From Candidatus Avelusimicrobium alvi (GTDB lineage Bacteria; Elusimicrobiota; Elusimicrobia; Elusimicrobiales; Elusimicrobiaceae), in the NCBI GenBank assembly GCA_905200775.1, contig CAJKLQ010000001.1:1-51087 (forward strand): a stretch of 51,087 bases of DNA, in the 5' to 3' direction. A program made the position numbers and the translations under genes. Shown here piece by piece: positions 19,561 through 28,473 of this stretch. The notes beneath the pieces were generated by a model. That model did no database searches. It was not told where the DNA came from and saw nothing but the letters and a program-made list of their open reading frames with translations. Numbering within the stretch: the stretch's first letter is position 1; every line of letters begins with the position of its first letter.

Positions 19561-19604
19561 TGGGTCTTTCGGCCCTTGCGGCGCGGGCGTGTATTTGAAA
19601 TAAT
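19561..19604 (+). promoter_or_regulatory. Promoter with TRGGYC-N4-GRCCC box
   Basis: TGGGTC-TTTC-GGCCCT at 19561-76; -10-like AATAAT at 19599-604. Confidence 0.55.
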
Positions 19605-19635
19605 ATCATAAAGTCGTTATTAACAGGAGAGGTAT

Positions 19636-20973
19636 ATGGAGCGGTTGGGCATTCGTTTTTTTCTTATTTCACTGGCGTGCGTTATCTGCGCGCCGGCTGT
19701 TTTTGCACAGAACGGCAAGCTTATAAAAGGAGTGGCGAAAGGCCTGGGGCGTACTTCCGCGGCGGAAGGAATCGTTAAAACCGGAGCGCGCAATTTGCCC
19801 GGCGCGGCGGCGTATTCCGCCGCACGGGGCGTGCAAACGCAATTACAGTTTCCCGGGGAGCCCGTACAGCTGACCATTCCGTTTCCCGAGGAAATCCCCG
19901 CGGCCGGATCCGCCCTTCTGCCGATGGTGCCGCCCGCGCCGCTGGACCTGGTGCACGGCGCCAAACTGACCCAACTTTTGGAAAAACAGGCGCAAGAACC
20001 CGCCGTTCTTACGCTTCCTTCCGGCGAAAGAGCCCGTATCGTGAAGCTGGAAGCGCGTCATTTTAAAAAGACCCACAAATTAAACAGCACCATCGGGCAT
20101 TATGCCGGGGTGGAAAAAAATCCCGTCGTGCTTATCGGCCGCCGCAGCGGAGAGAAAATAACTGTTTTTAAAAACGACCGCCTGCGTTATTTTTCCGACG
20201 TAAAGCGGGTCTGCCCCAAAGGCAGCTATCTCCTGCGTTACGAAAGCGGCAAAACGGCGTTTGTCACGCCGGAGCAGGCCCCCGAATCCTTGGTTAAAGC
20301 CTATGACGCCGCCTACAAAAAATTGCATCCAAACGATGATTTGCTGCCGTTTATTGTGGAATTTTCCGGCGGGCCGCAGGAGCCCCCGCAGGCCGGTTCC
20401 CTTGCGGAGCTGTTTACAAAAAAATCGTTTGGAACGCGCGTCTATACCCTGGAGAGACACCCGCTGAACGGGGAGACGGTTCAGGTAGCCGTGCTGGAAC
20501 GCTGGATAAACGTGCCCGGTCTGCCCCAGCTTTTCAGCGGCAGTATGATTGTGCTCTACCGCGACGGTACCTTTGATATTCACCCGGAGGACCGGGTTCC
20601 GCCCGTATTAAAGGATAAGGTGGACGCCGTACGCAGTAAAACGGACTCCCCGGCTGTACGCGTGAATATGAGCGCCCCGGGCCGCACGGGTTCCGATCCC
20701 GTCGTTACGACCGTAAAAACGTACGACAGCCAGGCCAGGCTGGCGCAGGATCTGCACGCTTCCGGTGCGCAGGGCCGCCGTTACAAAAGCAAAACTTTCG
20801 GGGACGTTATTATATACGAAATTCCCGCGGGCACCTATTATCATCCTGCGGGCCGCCCCGCTAAACTGTTAGACCCGTCCGAGCAGGTGATGGTGTATTA
20901 TCCGGCCAAGCACGACGGCCAGCTGATGGGCCGCGGCGTATTAACCGAGGGAGATTTCATCCCCGTTAACTAA
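19636..20973 (+). CDS. Secreted hypothetical protein with an internally repeated module
   Basis: SD AGGAG, signal peptide ending VFA; repeated GE.(I/V).V...GS....Y..G module. Confidence 0.8.
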   Translation: MERLGIRFFLISLACVICAPAVFAQNGKLIKGVAKGLGRTSAAEGIVKTGARNLPGAAAYSAARGVQTQLQFPGEPVQLTIPFPEEIPAAGSALLPMVPPAPLDLVHGAKLTQLLEKQAQEPAVLTLPSGERARIVKLEARHFKKTHKLNSTIGHYAGVEKNPVVLIGRRSGEKITVFKNDRLRYFSDVKRVCPKGSYLLRYESGKTAFVTPEQAPESLVKAYDAAYKKLHPNDDLLPFIVEFSGGPQEPPQAGSLAELFTKKSFGTRVYTLERHPLNGETVQVAVLERWINVPGLPQLFSGSMIVLYRDGTFDIHPEDRVPPVLKDKVDAVRSKTDSPAVRVNMSAPGRTGSDPVVTTVKTYDSQARLAQDLHASGAQGRRYKSKTFGDVIIYEIPAGTYYHPAGRPAKLLDPSEQVMVYYPAKHDGQLMGRGVLTEGDFIPVN

Positions 20974-21042
20974 ATTTAGGTCCGTTTTCCCGCGTTCCCC
21001 GGGGGCGCGGGATTATTATGCCCGGGCCGCTTCGTAAACTTG

Positions 21043-21072
21043 TTGGCAAAGTGCTGCAAGAAAAGATATAAT
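21043..21072 (+). promoter_or_regulatory. Promoter of the rpmH operon
   Basis: TTGGCA, 18-nt spacer, TATAAT. Confidence 0.6.
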
Positions 21073-21170
21073 ATCAGTACGTTTCATACAGAAACCATTT
21101 TAAATTAATCACAGGAGATACGTTCTTTCCAGTTCGCTCTTGCGGGCCAGAATTAACGTATAAGAAGAAA

Positions 21171-21311
21171 ATGTTACCGACCTACAGACCTAACAAAAGA
21201 AGACGTGCCAAACACATCGGATTCAGAGCCAGAATGGCTACCGCCGGCGGCAGAAGAGTGCTCAGCGCCAGAAGAGCCAAAGGCCGCCACGAACTGATCA
21301 GAGCCGCTTAA
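21171..21311 (+). CDS. rpmH: 50S ribosomal protein L34 (not in the ORF track)
   Basis: Manual translation [46 protein letters not shown]; lies before rnpA. Confidence 0.97.
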   Translation: MLPTYRPNKRRRAKHIGFRARMATAGGRRVLSARRAKGRHELIRAA

Positions 21312-21316
21312 ACATT

Positions 21317-21694
21317 ATGCCGCCCTACGGTCTGCCGCGACTTAGCCGCCTGCACCTTAAAAGAGATTTTAAGGCTGTTATCCAAGGCGGCGCTAAGTTG
21401 CAGTATAACGGGATTATACTGTGGTGGCGGTCCGGCCGGGATAAAACCGGTCCGGCCCGTTTTGCGGTGGTGGTGTCCAGGAAGCTGGGCCCGGCGGTTG
21501 TGCGCAGCCGCGCCAAAAGGCTGTTAAGGGAAGCTTTCAGACTCAACAGAGAAAATATCAAACCGGGGACGGACCTTGTGTTCAGCCCCAGAGACAGCGA
21601 AAAATTAAGTAACGTGCACGCAGCGCAGGATGCGCTCAAGACACTGTGCGGCCAGGCCGCTTTATTACAAGGCTCTTCAGACAAAAGGCAGTAA
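21317..21694 (+). CDS. rnpA: Ribonuclease P protein component
   Basis: [28 protein letters not shown] motif; synteny. Confidence 0.95.
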   Translation: MPPYGLPRLSRLHLKRDFKAVIQGGAKLQYNGIILWWRSGRDKTGPARFAVVVSRKLGPAVVRSRAKRLLREAFRLNRENIKPGTDLVFSPRDSEKLSNVHAAQDALKTLCGQAALLQGSSDKRQ

Positions 21695-21716
21695 CCGTAT
21701 ACTATTGAAGGGACAT

Positions 21717-21953
21717 ATGCAGAAAATTTCGCTTCTGTTTAAGGATTTGTTGCTTTTGCTGCTCAACATTTTTATGTTGTTGCTGCGCCCTTTTTTGGGG
21801 CCCAGAGGGGTATGCCGTTTTGCACCCACGTGCAGCCAGTATGCAAAGCAAGCGATTATCAAACACGGCGCATTTAAAGGGAGCTGGCTCGCACTTGTGC
21901 GGGTGCTGAAATGTCATCCCTTGCATCCGGGCGGATACGACCCGGTGCCCTGA
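21717..21953 (+). CDS. yidD: Membrane protein insertion efficiency factor
   Basis: [29 protein letters not shown]; start moved to 21717. Confidence 0.95.
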   Translation: MQKISLLFKDLLLLLLNIFMLLLRPFLGPRGVCRFAPTCSQYAKQAIIKHGAFKGSWLALVRVLKCHPLHPGGYDPVP

Positions 21954-22040
21954 CGCTATTTTTTCTTACGAAGTCGGAAGTTTCCTCTTCAGTGCCGCCC
22001 GGCCCGCCGGCCGCGCGCGGCGAAAAACAAGAGGAGTTTT

Positions 22041-23645
22041 ATGAACAGACAGTTTCTGATTACGGCAATGTTGTTTTTGCTGGTAATTACGGGCTACAAC
22101 CAGTTTGTCGCCCTGCCCAGAGCCCGCGCGGCGCAGCAAGCCGCCGAGGCCCAACTAAAGAAGTCCGAACAAGAAGCGCAGCGCCAAACCGGCGCCCAAG
22201 CCGTGCTGGATGCTTCTTCCCCCGTAACCAAAGAAAAAACCTCCGCCCCCAAGCCCGAAGAACTAATCACGCTTGCCCTCCCGCAGGCCGACGTTACGTT
22301 TTCTTCCAAAGGCGCGGGCATCAAAACTTATTTGTTTAAAGACATTATAGGCGACGTGGACCTGACCCCGTACGAAGGGGAAGGGTATTTTTCCACGCTG
22401 CCGCAGGTGGATTTTTCGGAATTTGCCCGTACGAAAGATTCCATCACCTTCGCCGGCGACATTGTGCCCGGTTTTACCGTTTACAAAACCTTCCGTTTTA
22501 ACGAAAACGGCATTAATAACGTAAACGTAACGTTTGAGAACAAAACGTCGCAGAATCTGACGGTCGCGCCGTGGAGCTGGAATTTCGGCCCCGGTTTGGC
22601 CACGGTAAAAAGCGAAATGGGCGACAACGAACGCGAATCCAAAGCCGTCTACCTCGTACAGGAAGAAGGCAAGAAGAAACCGACGCTGGAAACCTTCGCC
22701 AAAGGCGACAAACAACCCTCCCTGCCCTGGACCTGGGCCGGGGTGGAAAACCGCTACTTCCTTTCCGTTCTTATTCCGCAGGGCTGGAAACCCGGCGATT
22801 TGACCGCTTCCAAAGAAAAAATCGGTATGCAAAAACGCCTGTGGGGGCTGGCCGGAGAAGGCGCGCTGGAAGGCCCGCGGCTTTCCATTGCCGTGCCCGG
22901 CGTAACGGTGGAAGCGAAATCCAAAGCGGAATATAAATCCGATTTTTATTTCGGGCCGAAAGACTACAAGCAGTTTTTGAAGCTTCCTTATCATCTGGAC
23001 CGTTCCATCGCGTTCGGTTTCTTCGGCGCGCTGGGCAAAATCGCCCGCAACGTGCTGGAAACTTTCTACGGCTGGACGGGCAACTACGGCGTGGCCATTA
23101 TTATGATGACCGTCCTTTTGCAGGCGATTTTGTTCAAATTCACGCTGATGCAGTTAAAATCCGCCGCCCAGATGAAGAAGATTCAGCCCGAAATGAAACG
23201 CATCCAGGAAAAATACAAAGGAAACCCCGAGGCGCTCAACCGCGAAACGATGGCCTTATATAAGAAGTATAAGGTTAATCCGCTGGCCGGCTGTCTGCCG
23301 ATGCTAATCCAGCTGCCTATTTTCCTGGCGCTGTTTAACGCCTTGCGCACGTCGTGGGCGCTGCACGGGGCCAAGTTCGTGTTCTGGATTACGGACCTTT
23401 CTTCCAAAGATCCGTACTACCTCCTGCCCATCCTGATGGGCGCGGTGATGTTCTTCCAGCAAAAAGGGAACATTCCCGCCGGGACGGATCCGTCCCAAGC
23501 CGCGATGTTTAAGTATATGCCGCTTATTTTCACGCTGCTGTTTATGAACTTTCCCTCGGGTCTTGTATTGTACTGGCTGACCAACAGCCTGCTTACGTTC
23601 GGGATTCAGAGCGTCATCAACAAAAAAATGGCCAAGGCCAATTAA
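22041..23645 (+). CDS. yidC: Membrane protein insertase YidC
   Basis: GNYGVAII, NPLAGCLPMLIQLPIF, WITDLSSKDPYY, PSGLVLYW. Confidence 0.97.
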   Translation: MNRQFLITAMLFLLVITGYNQFVALPRARAAQQAAEAQLKKSEQEAQRQTGAQAVLDASSPVTKEKTSAPKPEELITLALPQADVTFSSKGAGIKTYLFKDIIGDVDLTPYEGEGYFSTLPQVDFSEFARTKDSITFAGDIVPGFTVYKTFRFNENGINNVNVTFENKTSQNLTVAPWSWNFGPGLATVKSEMGDNERESKAVYLVQEEGKKKPTLETFAKGDKQPSLPWTWAGVENRYFLSVLIPQGWKPGDLTASKEKIGMQKRLWGLAGEGALEGPRLSIAVPGVTVEAKSKAEYKSDFYFGPKDYKQFLKLPYHLDRSIAFGFFGALGKIARNVLETFYGWTGNYGVAIIMMTVLLQAILFKFTLMQLKSAAQMKKIQPEMKRIQEKYKGNPEALNRETMALYKKYKVNPLAGCLPMLIQLPIFLALFNALRTSWALHGAKFVFWITDLSSKDPYYLLPILMGAVMFFQQKGNIPAGTDPSQAAMFKYMPLIFTLLFMNFPSGLVLYWLTNSLLTFGIQSVINKKMAKAN

Positions 23646-23663
23646 GTAAGGAGCATTTTTGAT

Positions 23664-25136
23664 ATGCCTAGCAAAATTAGAGTACAAGCCAAAGAAGTAT
23701 CCGAAGCGATTGCCAAGGGTCTTAAAGAACTGGGCCTCAGAAGAGACCAGGTAGAAGTAACCGTGCTGGAAACCCCCAAAAAAGGTTTTTTGGGCATCGG
23801 CTCGCGCCCGGCCGTGGTGGAACTGCGCCAAAAACGCTGGACGTCCGCCAACCTGGATTCGCAAATTTATATGGACGTGCCGAAAAAACGTTCCTCTTCT
23901 AAATCCGAACGCGGTTCCCGCGGCGGGCGCGGCGGCCGCAAAGAACGCGGCGAATCCGCCCGCGGCGCCAAAAGAGGGGGACGCAGAAGCGAACGCGTAA
24001 CCTCCGAAGCGCGCGAAATAAGAGAAAAACTGCCCAAAGCCAACGAGCCGCAGATGCTGCCGTGCGAAGCGATTCGCAGCGCGGTCATTCCGGAAAATTT
24101 AAAAGCTCCCATGCAGGAAGCCAAAGAATACCTGGAGAAAGTGCTTACCCATATGGGCGTGAAGGTGGAAAATCTCAACGTCTGGTGGGATGAAAAACAG
24201 CAGCGCATTCTGTTGACCTTTGACTGCGACCATCCGGCCATCGTCATCGGCAAGGAAGGCAAAACGCTGGAAGCCATCCAGTATCTCTCCACGCTGGTGT
24301 TAAGCCGCCATTTTGACAAGCCGATTTCCGTCATCACCGACACGCAGAACTACTGGAGAAAGGCTGAAGATAAAATTGACGCCGAAATTGAAAAAGGCAT
24401 TGATATGATTAAACGCGGCCACAGCGTGTTCCGCTTCCGCCCGATGAGCGCGCAGCTGCGCCGCTACATCCACCGCGCCGTGGAAAACAACGAATTTGTG
24501 GCCACCGCGTCCGAAGGCGAAGGCAAATGGCGCAAAGTAACCCTGCGTCCGACCGCCAAAGCGCTGGAAGCGGCCCGCGCCAACACCGCGCCCGCCGACT
24601 TTGTGCCCGGCGTAATCGGCGAAGACGTGCCCGAAGAAACCCCGGCCCAGCAGGCCGTAGCCGAAGCGGAAGCCGAGAAAGAGTTGTCCGCTTACCACGA
24701 ATCCTGCTCCTGCTGTGCGGGAGAAGCGCACGAAGACGCCTGTTCCTGCGGCTGCGGCGCGGATGAAAAACCCGCCGAAGCGAAGCCCGAAATGGCGAAA
24801 GAAGCGCTTTCCCAAACTGTGCCCGATGACGCCCAGGGCGCCACTTGCTACGTCGGCAACGCCCGCAACTGCGGCGAAGGCGAAGTGCAGGCAGGCTGTG
24901 CGTGTGCGGCGGAAGCTGAAACGCCGAAAGAAGCCGAAGAAAACAACGTTCCGGCTTCGGAAGCCCGGACGGAAGAACCCGCCCCGGCCGCGCTGGAAAA
25001 AACGGCTCAGGACGATGCGGAAGGCGGCACCTGCTCGGCGGAAATCGCCCGCAACTGCCAGGAAGGGGAAACCCAGTCCGGCTGCGCCTGCGGCCCGCTG
25101 TTTGAAACGCCGGCCCAGACGGACGAAAACAAATAA
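23664..25136 (+). CDS. khpB: KhpB/Jag/EloR RNA-binding protein with an extra acidic Cys-rich C-terminal tail
   Basis: Jag_N (KKGFLGIG), KH (IGKEGKTLEAIQY), R3H (RRYIH); follows yidC. Confidence 0.92.
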   Translation: MPSKIRVQAKEVSEAIAKGLKELGLRRDQVEVTVLETPKKGFLGIGSRPAVVELRQKRWTSANLDSQIYMDVPKKRSSSKSERGSRGGRGGRKERGESARGAKRGGRRSERVTSEAREIREKLPKANEPQMLPCEAIRSAVIPENLKAPMQEAKEYLEKVLTHMGVKVENLNVWWDEKQQRILLTFDCDHPAIVIGKEGKTLEAIQYLSTLVLSRHFDKPISVITDTQNYWRKAEDKIDAEIEKGIDMIKRGHSVFRFRPMSAQLRRYIHRAVENNEFVATASEGEGKWRKVTLRPTAKALEAARANTAPADFVPGVIGEDVPEETPAQQAVAEAEAEKELSAYHESCSCCAGEAHEDACSCGCGADEKPAEAKPEMAKEALSQTVPDDAQGATCYVGNARNCGEGEVQAGCACAAEAETPKEAEENNVPASEARTEEPAPAALEKTAQDDAEGGTCSAEIARNCQEGETQSGCACGPLFETPAQTDENK

Positions 25137-25150
25137 GTTTTCCAAAACCC

Positions 25151-25184
25151 AAAAATCCTCCCGTTTGAAACGGGAGGATTTTTT
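25151..25184. terminator. Bidirectional terminator
   Basis: AAAAATCCTCCCGTTT-G-AAACGGGAGGATTTTTT. Confidence 0.85.
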
Positions 25185-25230
25185 ATGTGCTTTTAATGAT
25201 TTTTCGGATATTCGGCGCGTGTTTAACCGG

Positions 25231-25902
25231 CTATTTTACGGCCAGCGTATAGCTTTGGTCTATATGCCGGAAGATTTCCCGGGAGGGGACTTGCCCGTCC
25301 AGGAGTATCGTCAGCCAATGTTTTTTATTCATATGGTAGCCCGGAAAATACCGCCTGCCGTCCGCCAGCGTTTCCGCTTCGCCCGGAGGGGTGCGTACGT
25401 CCAGAATGTTTACCAAATCGCCGGCGGGAAGCCCCAGCTTTTCCGGCGCAAGCACCAGGAGGGCCGCATACCATTTGCCGGTGTCTTTGCGGCGCAGGAC
25501 GGCATTGCCCGGAAACTGCTTCCACAAAAATTCCAGTTCGTCGTTGTATTTTTCCCGCGCGTATGCAATCAGTTCTTTGGCCTGCCGGCTTTTAAATACG
25601 TCTTTTTCAAAGCAGGATGCGGCTATGCGGCCGAGGATATCCTCGTATTCCCGGCGCACCTGCCCTACGAATTTTCCGCTGGCGCCCGCCACGCGGTGCA
25701 AAATATAGGTTCCGCCGGACTGCGGGTCCCGCAATTCGGCGGACACCTGCCCGTTTTTGTCCACGCGCACGGTGATTTCAAGCCGCGTTTTGGGTAAAAT
25801 CCCGCGCCATTCGTATCCTTGGGCCGCTTGAACAAAGCCGAAAGCTTGTAAGCGTTCTTCGCGCGGGCGCAGTCGGTCAAAATTCGTCGGAGAGTCCGGC
25901 AT
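25231..25902 (-). CDS. MmcQ/YjbR-family DNA-binding protein
   Basis: C-terminal PGYHMNKKHWLTILLDG...IDQSY; start moved to 25902. Confidence 0.88.
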   Translation of the reverse strand: MPDSPTNFDRLRPREERLQAFGFVQAAQGYEWRGILPKTRLEITVRVDKNGQVSAELRDPQSGGTYILHRVAGASGKFVGQVRREYEDILGRIAASCFEKDVFKSRQAKELIAYAREKYNDELEFLWKQFPGNAVLRRKDTGKWYAALLVLAPEKLGLPAGDLVNILDVRTPPGEAETLADGRRYFPGYHMNKKHWLTILLDGQVPSREIFRHIDQSYTLAVK

Positions 25903-25904
25903 AA

Positions 25905-26459
25905 TTAAATGCTCTTGCCCAGCTCCTGGGCTTCTTTTAATTTGCCGGTTTTGATGATGTCTCCCGCGTCCCAGGTGCCTGCGGCCAACACTCTGCCGCG
26001 GTCCGTCCATTTTAAGTAATCCGCAATACTTTTATAGGTGGCTTTTAAGCCGTCATAATCGCCGTCCGGCTCGCTGCCTTCGGCGGCGGCCAGCAGTACG
26101 CATTCTTTAATGTGTAGTTTTCTAAGCGCGCCGGGTTTCATATACGCATATAATTTATCCACGGCCGATTTTAACTGCGCGCTCATCGTAAACCAGTACA
26201 GGGGCGTGCAAAACACCAGCACGTCGGCTTCTTCCAACAGCGGGGCCAGCTGGTCCAGCCCGTCGTTAAACACGCAGGGTTTTCCGGCAGTCCAGCATTT
26301 ATCGCAGGCTTTGCAGGGCAGTATCGGGTGAAACGCCGTTTCAAACACTTTGGCCGTATGTCCGGCGGCTTTCGCGCCCTGGATGAACGCGTCCGCCAGG
26401 AGCGCGCTGTTGCCCAGCTGGCGGGGACTGCCTGTGAGCACTAGAATTTTTTTACTCAT
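25905..26459 (-). CDS. Flavodoxin-fold iron-sulfur flavoprotein / NADPH-dependent FMN reductase
   Basis: GSPRQLGNS, CKACDKCWTAGKPC, TPLYW. Confidence 0.9.
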   Translation of the reverse strand: MSKKILVLTGSPRQLGNSALLADAFIQGAKAAGHTAKVFETAFHPILPCKACDKCWTAGKPCVFNDGLDQLAPLLEEADVLVFCTPLYWFTMSAQLKSAVDKLYAYMKPGALRKLHIKECVLLAAAEGSEPDGDYDGLKATYKSIADYLKWTDRGRVLAAGTWDAGDIIKTGKLKEAQELGKSI

Positions 26460-27013
26460 AACGAATTACCCTCCACGGAAATGACGTTCACTTCTTTCTC
26501 CAAATCTCCGGCGGCGTTTTTAAGTTCTTTTACGCGGCTGTCCGCATACCCGTTAAACGTTTTAAGCAGTTGATGTTTGGCGTCGTAGAGAAAAAGCATC
26601 GGCACGCCGTTCACATTCAGTTTGTCGGCCAGTGCTCCGCCGCCGTATACCGCATCGGTGCGGATGTTATGCTGGCGCAGGAGTTCCAGCGGTTTTAAAG
26701 GGACCTCGTCGGTAAATACGGCTACAAACTGTACGTCTCTTAAGGCTTTGCGGGCTTCTTCCAGCTGTACCAGCGTTTTTTGGCAGTAGGTGCAGCCGGA
26801 GCTGACCACGGCAATTAAAAGAGGCGTGCCCGTATAGTCCAGCGTGGTCCACTGCGTGCCGCTTCGCACCTGCGGCAGGGAAAACACGGGTGCGGCAGAA
26901 ACGGCCGCTTTTTTGGCAGGCGCTTTTTTAACCGTTTTTTTCGCTTTGGCGGGCGCGGCGGACAGAGCCGCCGAAACACATAAAATGCTGAGGAGCAAAA
27001 GTAGTTTTTTCAT
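26456..27013 (-). CDS. Exported thioredoxin-like (TlpA/ResA-type) protein
   Basis: Signal peptide, CTYC active site, cis-Pro loop GVP. Confidence 0.85.
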   Translation of the reverse strand: MKKLLLLLSILCVSAALSAAPAKAKKTVKKAPAKKAAVSAAPVFSLPQVRSGTQWTTLDYTGTPLLIAVVSSGCTYCQKTLVQLEEARKALRDVQFVAVFTDEVPLKPLELLRQHNIRTDAVYGGGALADKLNVNGVPMLFLYDAKHQLLKTFNGYADSRVKELKNAAGDLEKEVNVISVEGNSL

Positions 27014-27123
27014 ACCCAGAGTATAGCTTATTTTACGGTTTTTTGCGCGGAGCGGACAAACGGGCTTCTTCCGAAGAGAAAAAACACCCCAAAAACGCTT
27101 TAAAAAATTGATAAAATATACCT

Positions 27124-28473
27124 ATGCAACATACCATCTGCGCGTTGGCTACGGGAACGGGCGGGGCGGTCGCTTTGGTGCGGCTGTCCGGGCCGTCGGC
27201 TTTGGCAATTTTGGGGGAGCTTACCCGCCAAAACGCCGCCTTACAGCCGCGCCGGCAGACGCTTTGCACCCTTTACGACGGGGCGGACGTGCTGGATAAA
27301 GCCCTGGTGACCTATTTTAAAGCCCCGCATTCCTTTACCGGGGAAGACGTGGTGGAATTTGCCGTCCACGCTTCGCCCTATATCAAAGGGCGGCTGTTGG
27401 AGCTTTTATGCGCTTTGGGCGCAACGCCCGCCAGGAGGGGGGAATTTTCCCAGCGCGCGTTTTTAAACGGCAAGATGGATTTAGTGGAAGCGCAGGGGCT
27501 GTGCGATTTAATTTCTTCCGGCAACAAGGCCGCGCACAAGCTGGCCATGGATTCGCTGGACGGGAAACTGTCCGGGCGGCTGGAGGAACTCAAGAAACGC
27601 CTGTCCGAGCTCTTGGCGCAAATTGAAGTGCGCTTAGACGACGTGGACGAAGAAATGGCGCCTCTTTCGGATGATTTTGTGCAGACGGAAATCAACGCCG
27701 CGCTTAAAAGCATTAAGGCCCTGGCGGATACTTTTTCCGTCGGCAAATATATTAAAGACGGCCTCAAAACCGCCATCGTGGGCGCGCCCAACAGCGGCAA
27801 ATCCAGCTTATTAAATGCGCTGGTGGGGTTTGACCGCGCGATTGTGTCCGACGTCAGCGGCACCACGCGCGACACGGTGGAAGAAACCCTGGAAATAAAC
27901 GGCCAGAAAATCGTGCTGACCGACACCGCGGGCATCCGCGAACACGCGCTGGACCCGGCCGAAAAAGAAGGTATGCGCCGCAGTATGCGCGCGATGGAAA
28001 GCGCGGATTTAATTTTGCTGGTGCTGGACGCCTCGCGCGCGCTGACCCCCGAAGAGCGGGAACTGTGGGCGGACATCCGCCGGCAAAACAAGCGCACGCT
28101 TATCGTGCTTAACAAGACGGACCTGGGGCGCAGGGACTGCCTGCCCCAAGACGCGGCCGAATACGAAGTGATTGCCGTATCGTGCAAAACGGGGGAAGGG
28201 TTAGAAAAGCTTAAAGCGTCCGTTACCGCAGACGTAACCGAGGCGCAGACGGCGGACGGACTGATGATTTCCAACCTGCGCCATTACGAAGCGCTCCTGC
28301 GCGCGCAGACGGAGCTGGAAAGCGCGCTTATCCGCCTGAATGCACAGGCCGGGGGCGAAATTTACGCCGAGCATCTGCGCGGCGCGCTTACTTATTTGCA
28401 AGATTTAATCGGAGAAGTAACGCCTGACGACGTACTCGGGATTATTTTTTCCAAGTTCTGCATGGGGAAATAA
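27124..28473 (+). CDS. mnmE: tRNA modification GTPase MnmE
   Basis: SFTGEDVVE, GAPNSGKSS, GTTRD, DTAG, NKTD, C-terminal FCMGK. Confidence 0.97.
   Translation: MQHTICALATGTGGAVALVRLSGPSALAILGELTRQNAALQPRRQTLCTLYDGADVLDKALVTYFKAPHSFTGEDVVEFAVHASPYIKGRLLELLCALGATPARRGEFSQRAFLNGKMDLVEAQGLCDLISSGNKAAHKLAMDSLDGKLSGRLEELKKRLSELLAQIEVRLDDVDEEMAPLSDDFVQTEINAALKSIKALADTFSVGKYIKDGLKTAIVGAPNSGKSSLLNALVGFDRAIVSDVSGTTRDTVEETLEINGQKIVLTDTAGIREHALDPAEKEGMRRSMRAMESADLILLVLDASRALTPEERELWADIRRQNKRTLIVLNKTDLGRRDCLPQDAAEYEVIAVSCKTGEGLEKLKASVTADVTEAQTADGLMISNLRHYEALLRAQTELESALIRLNAQAGGEIYAEHLRGALTYLQDLIGEVTPDDVLGIIFSKFCMGK

Noticed and set aside
20974..21170. oriC upstream of rpmH
   Set aside because: No dnaA and no DnaA-box cluster visible
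24715..25797. 360-aa ORF and other long alternative-frame or antisense ORFs (e.g. 731-1618, 5094-5990, 27378-28274, 34045-34848)
   Set aside because: Shadows of well-supported genes caused by GC-rich codon bias
27068..27079. 12-mer CTTCCGAAGAGA shared with the tRNA-linked repeat
   Set aside because: Too short, and the flanks do not match
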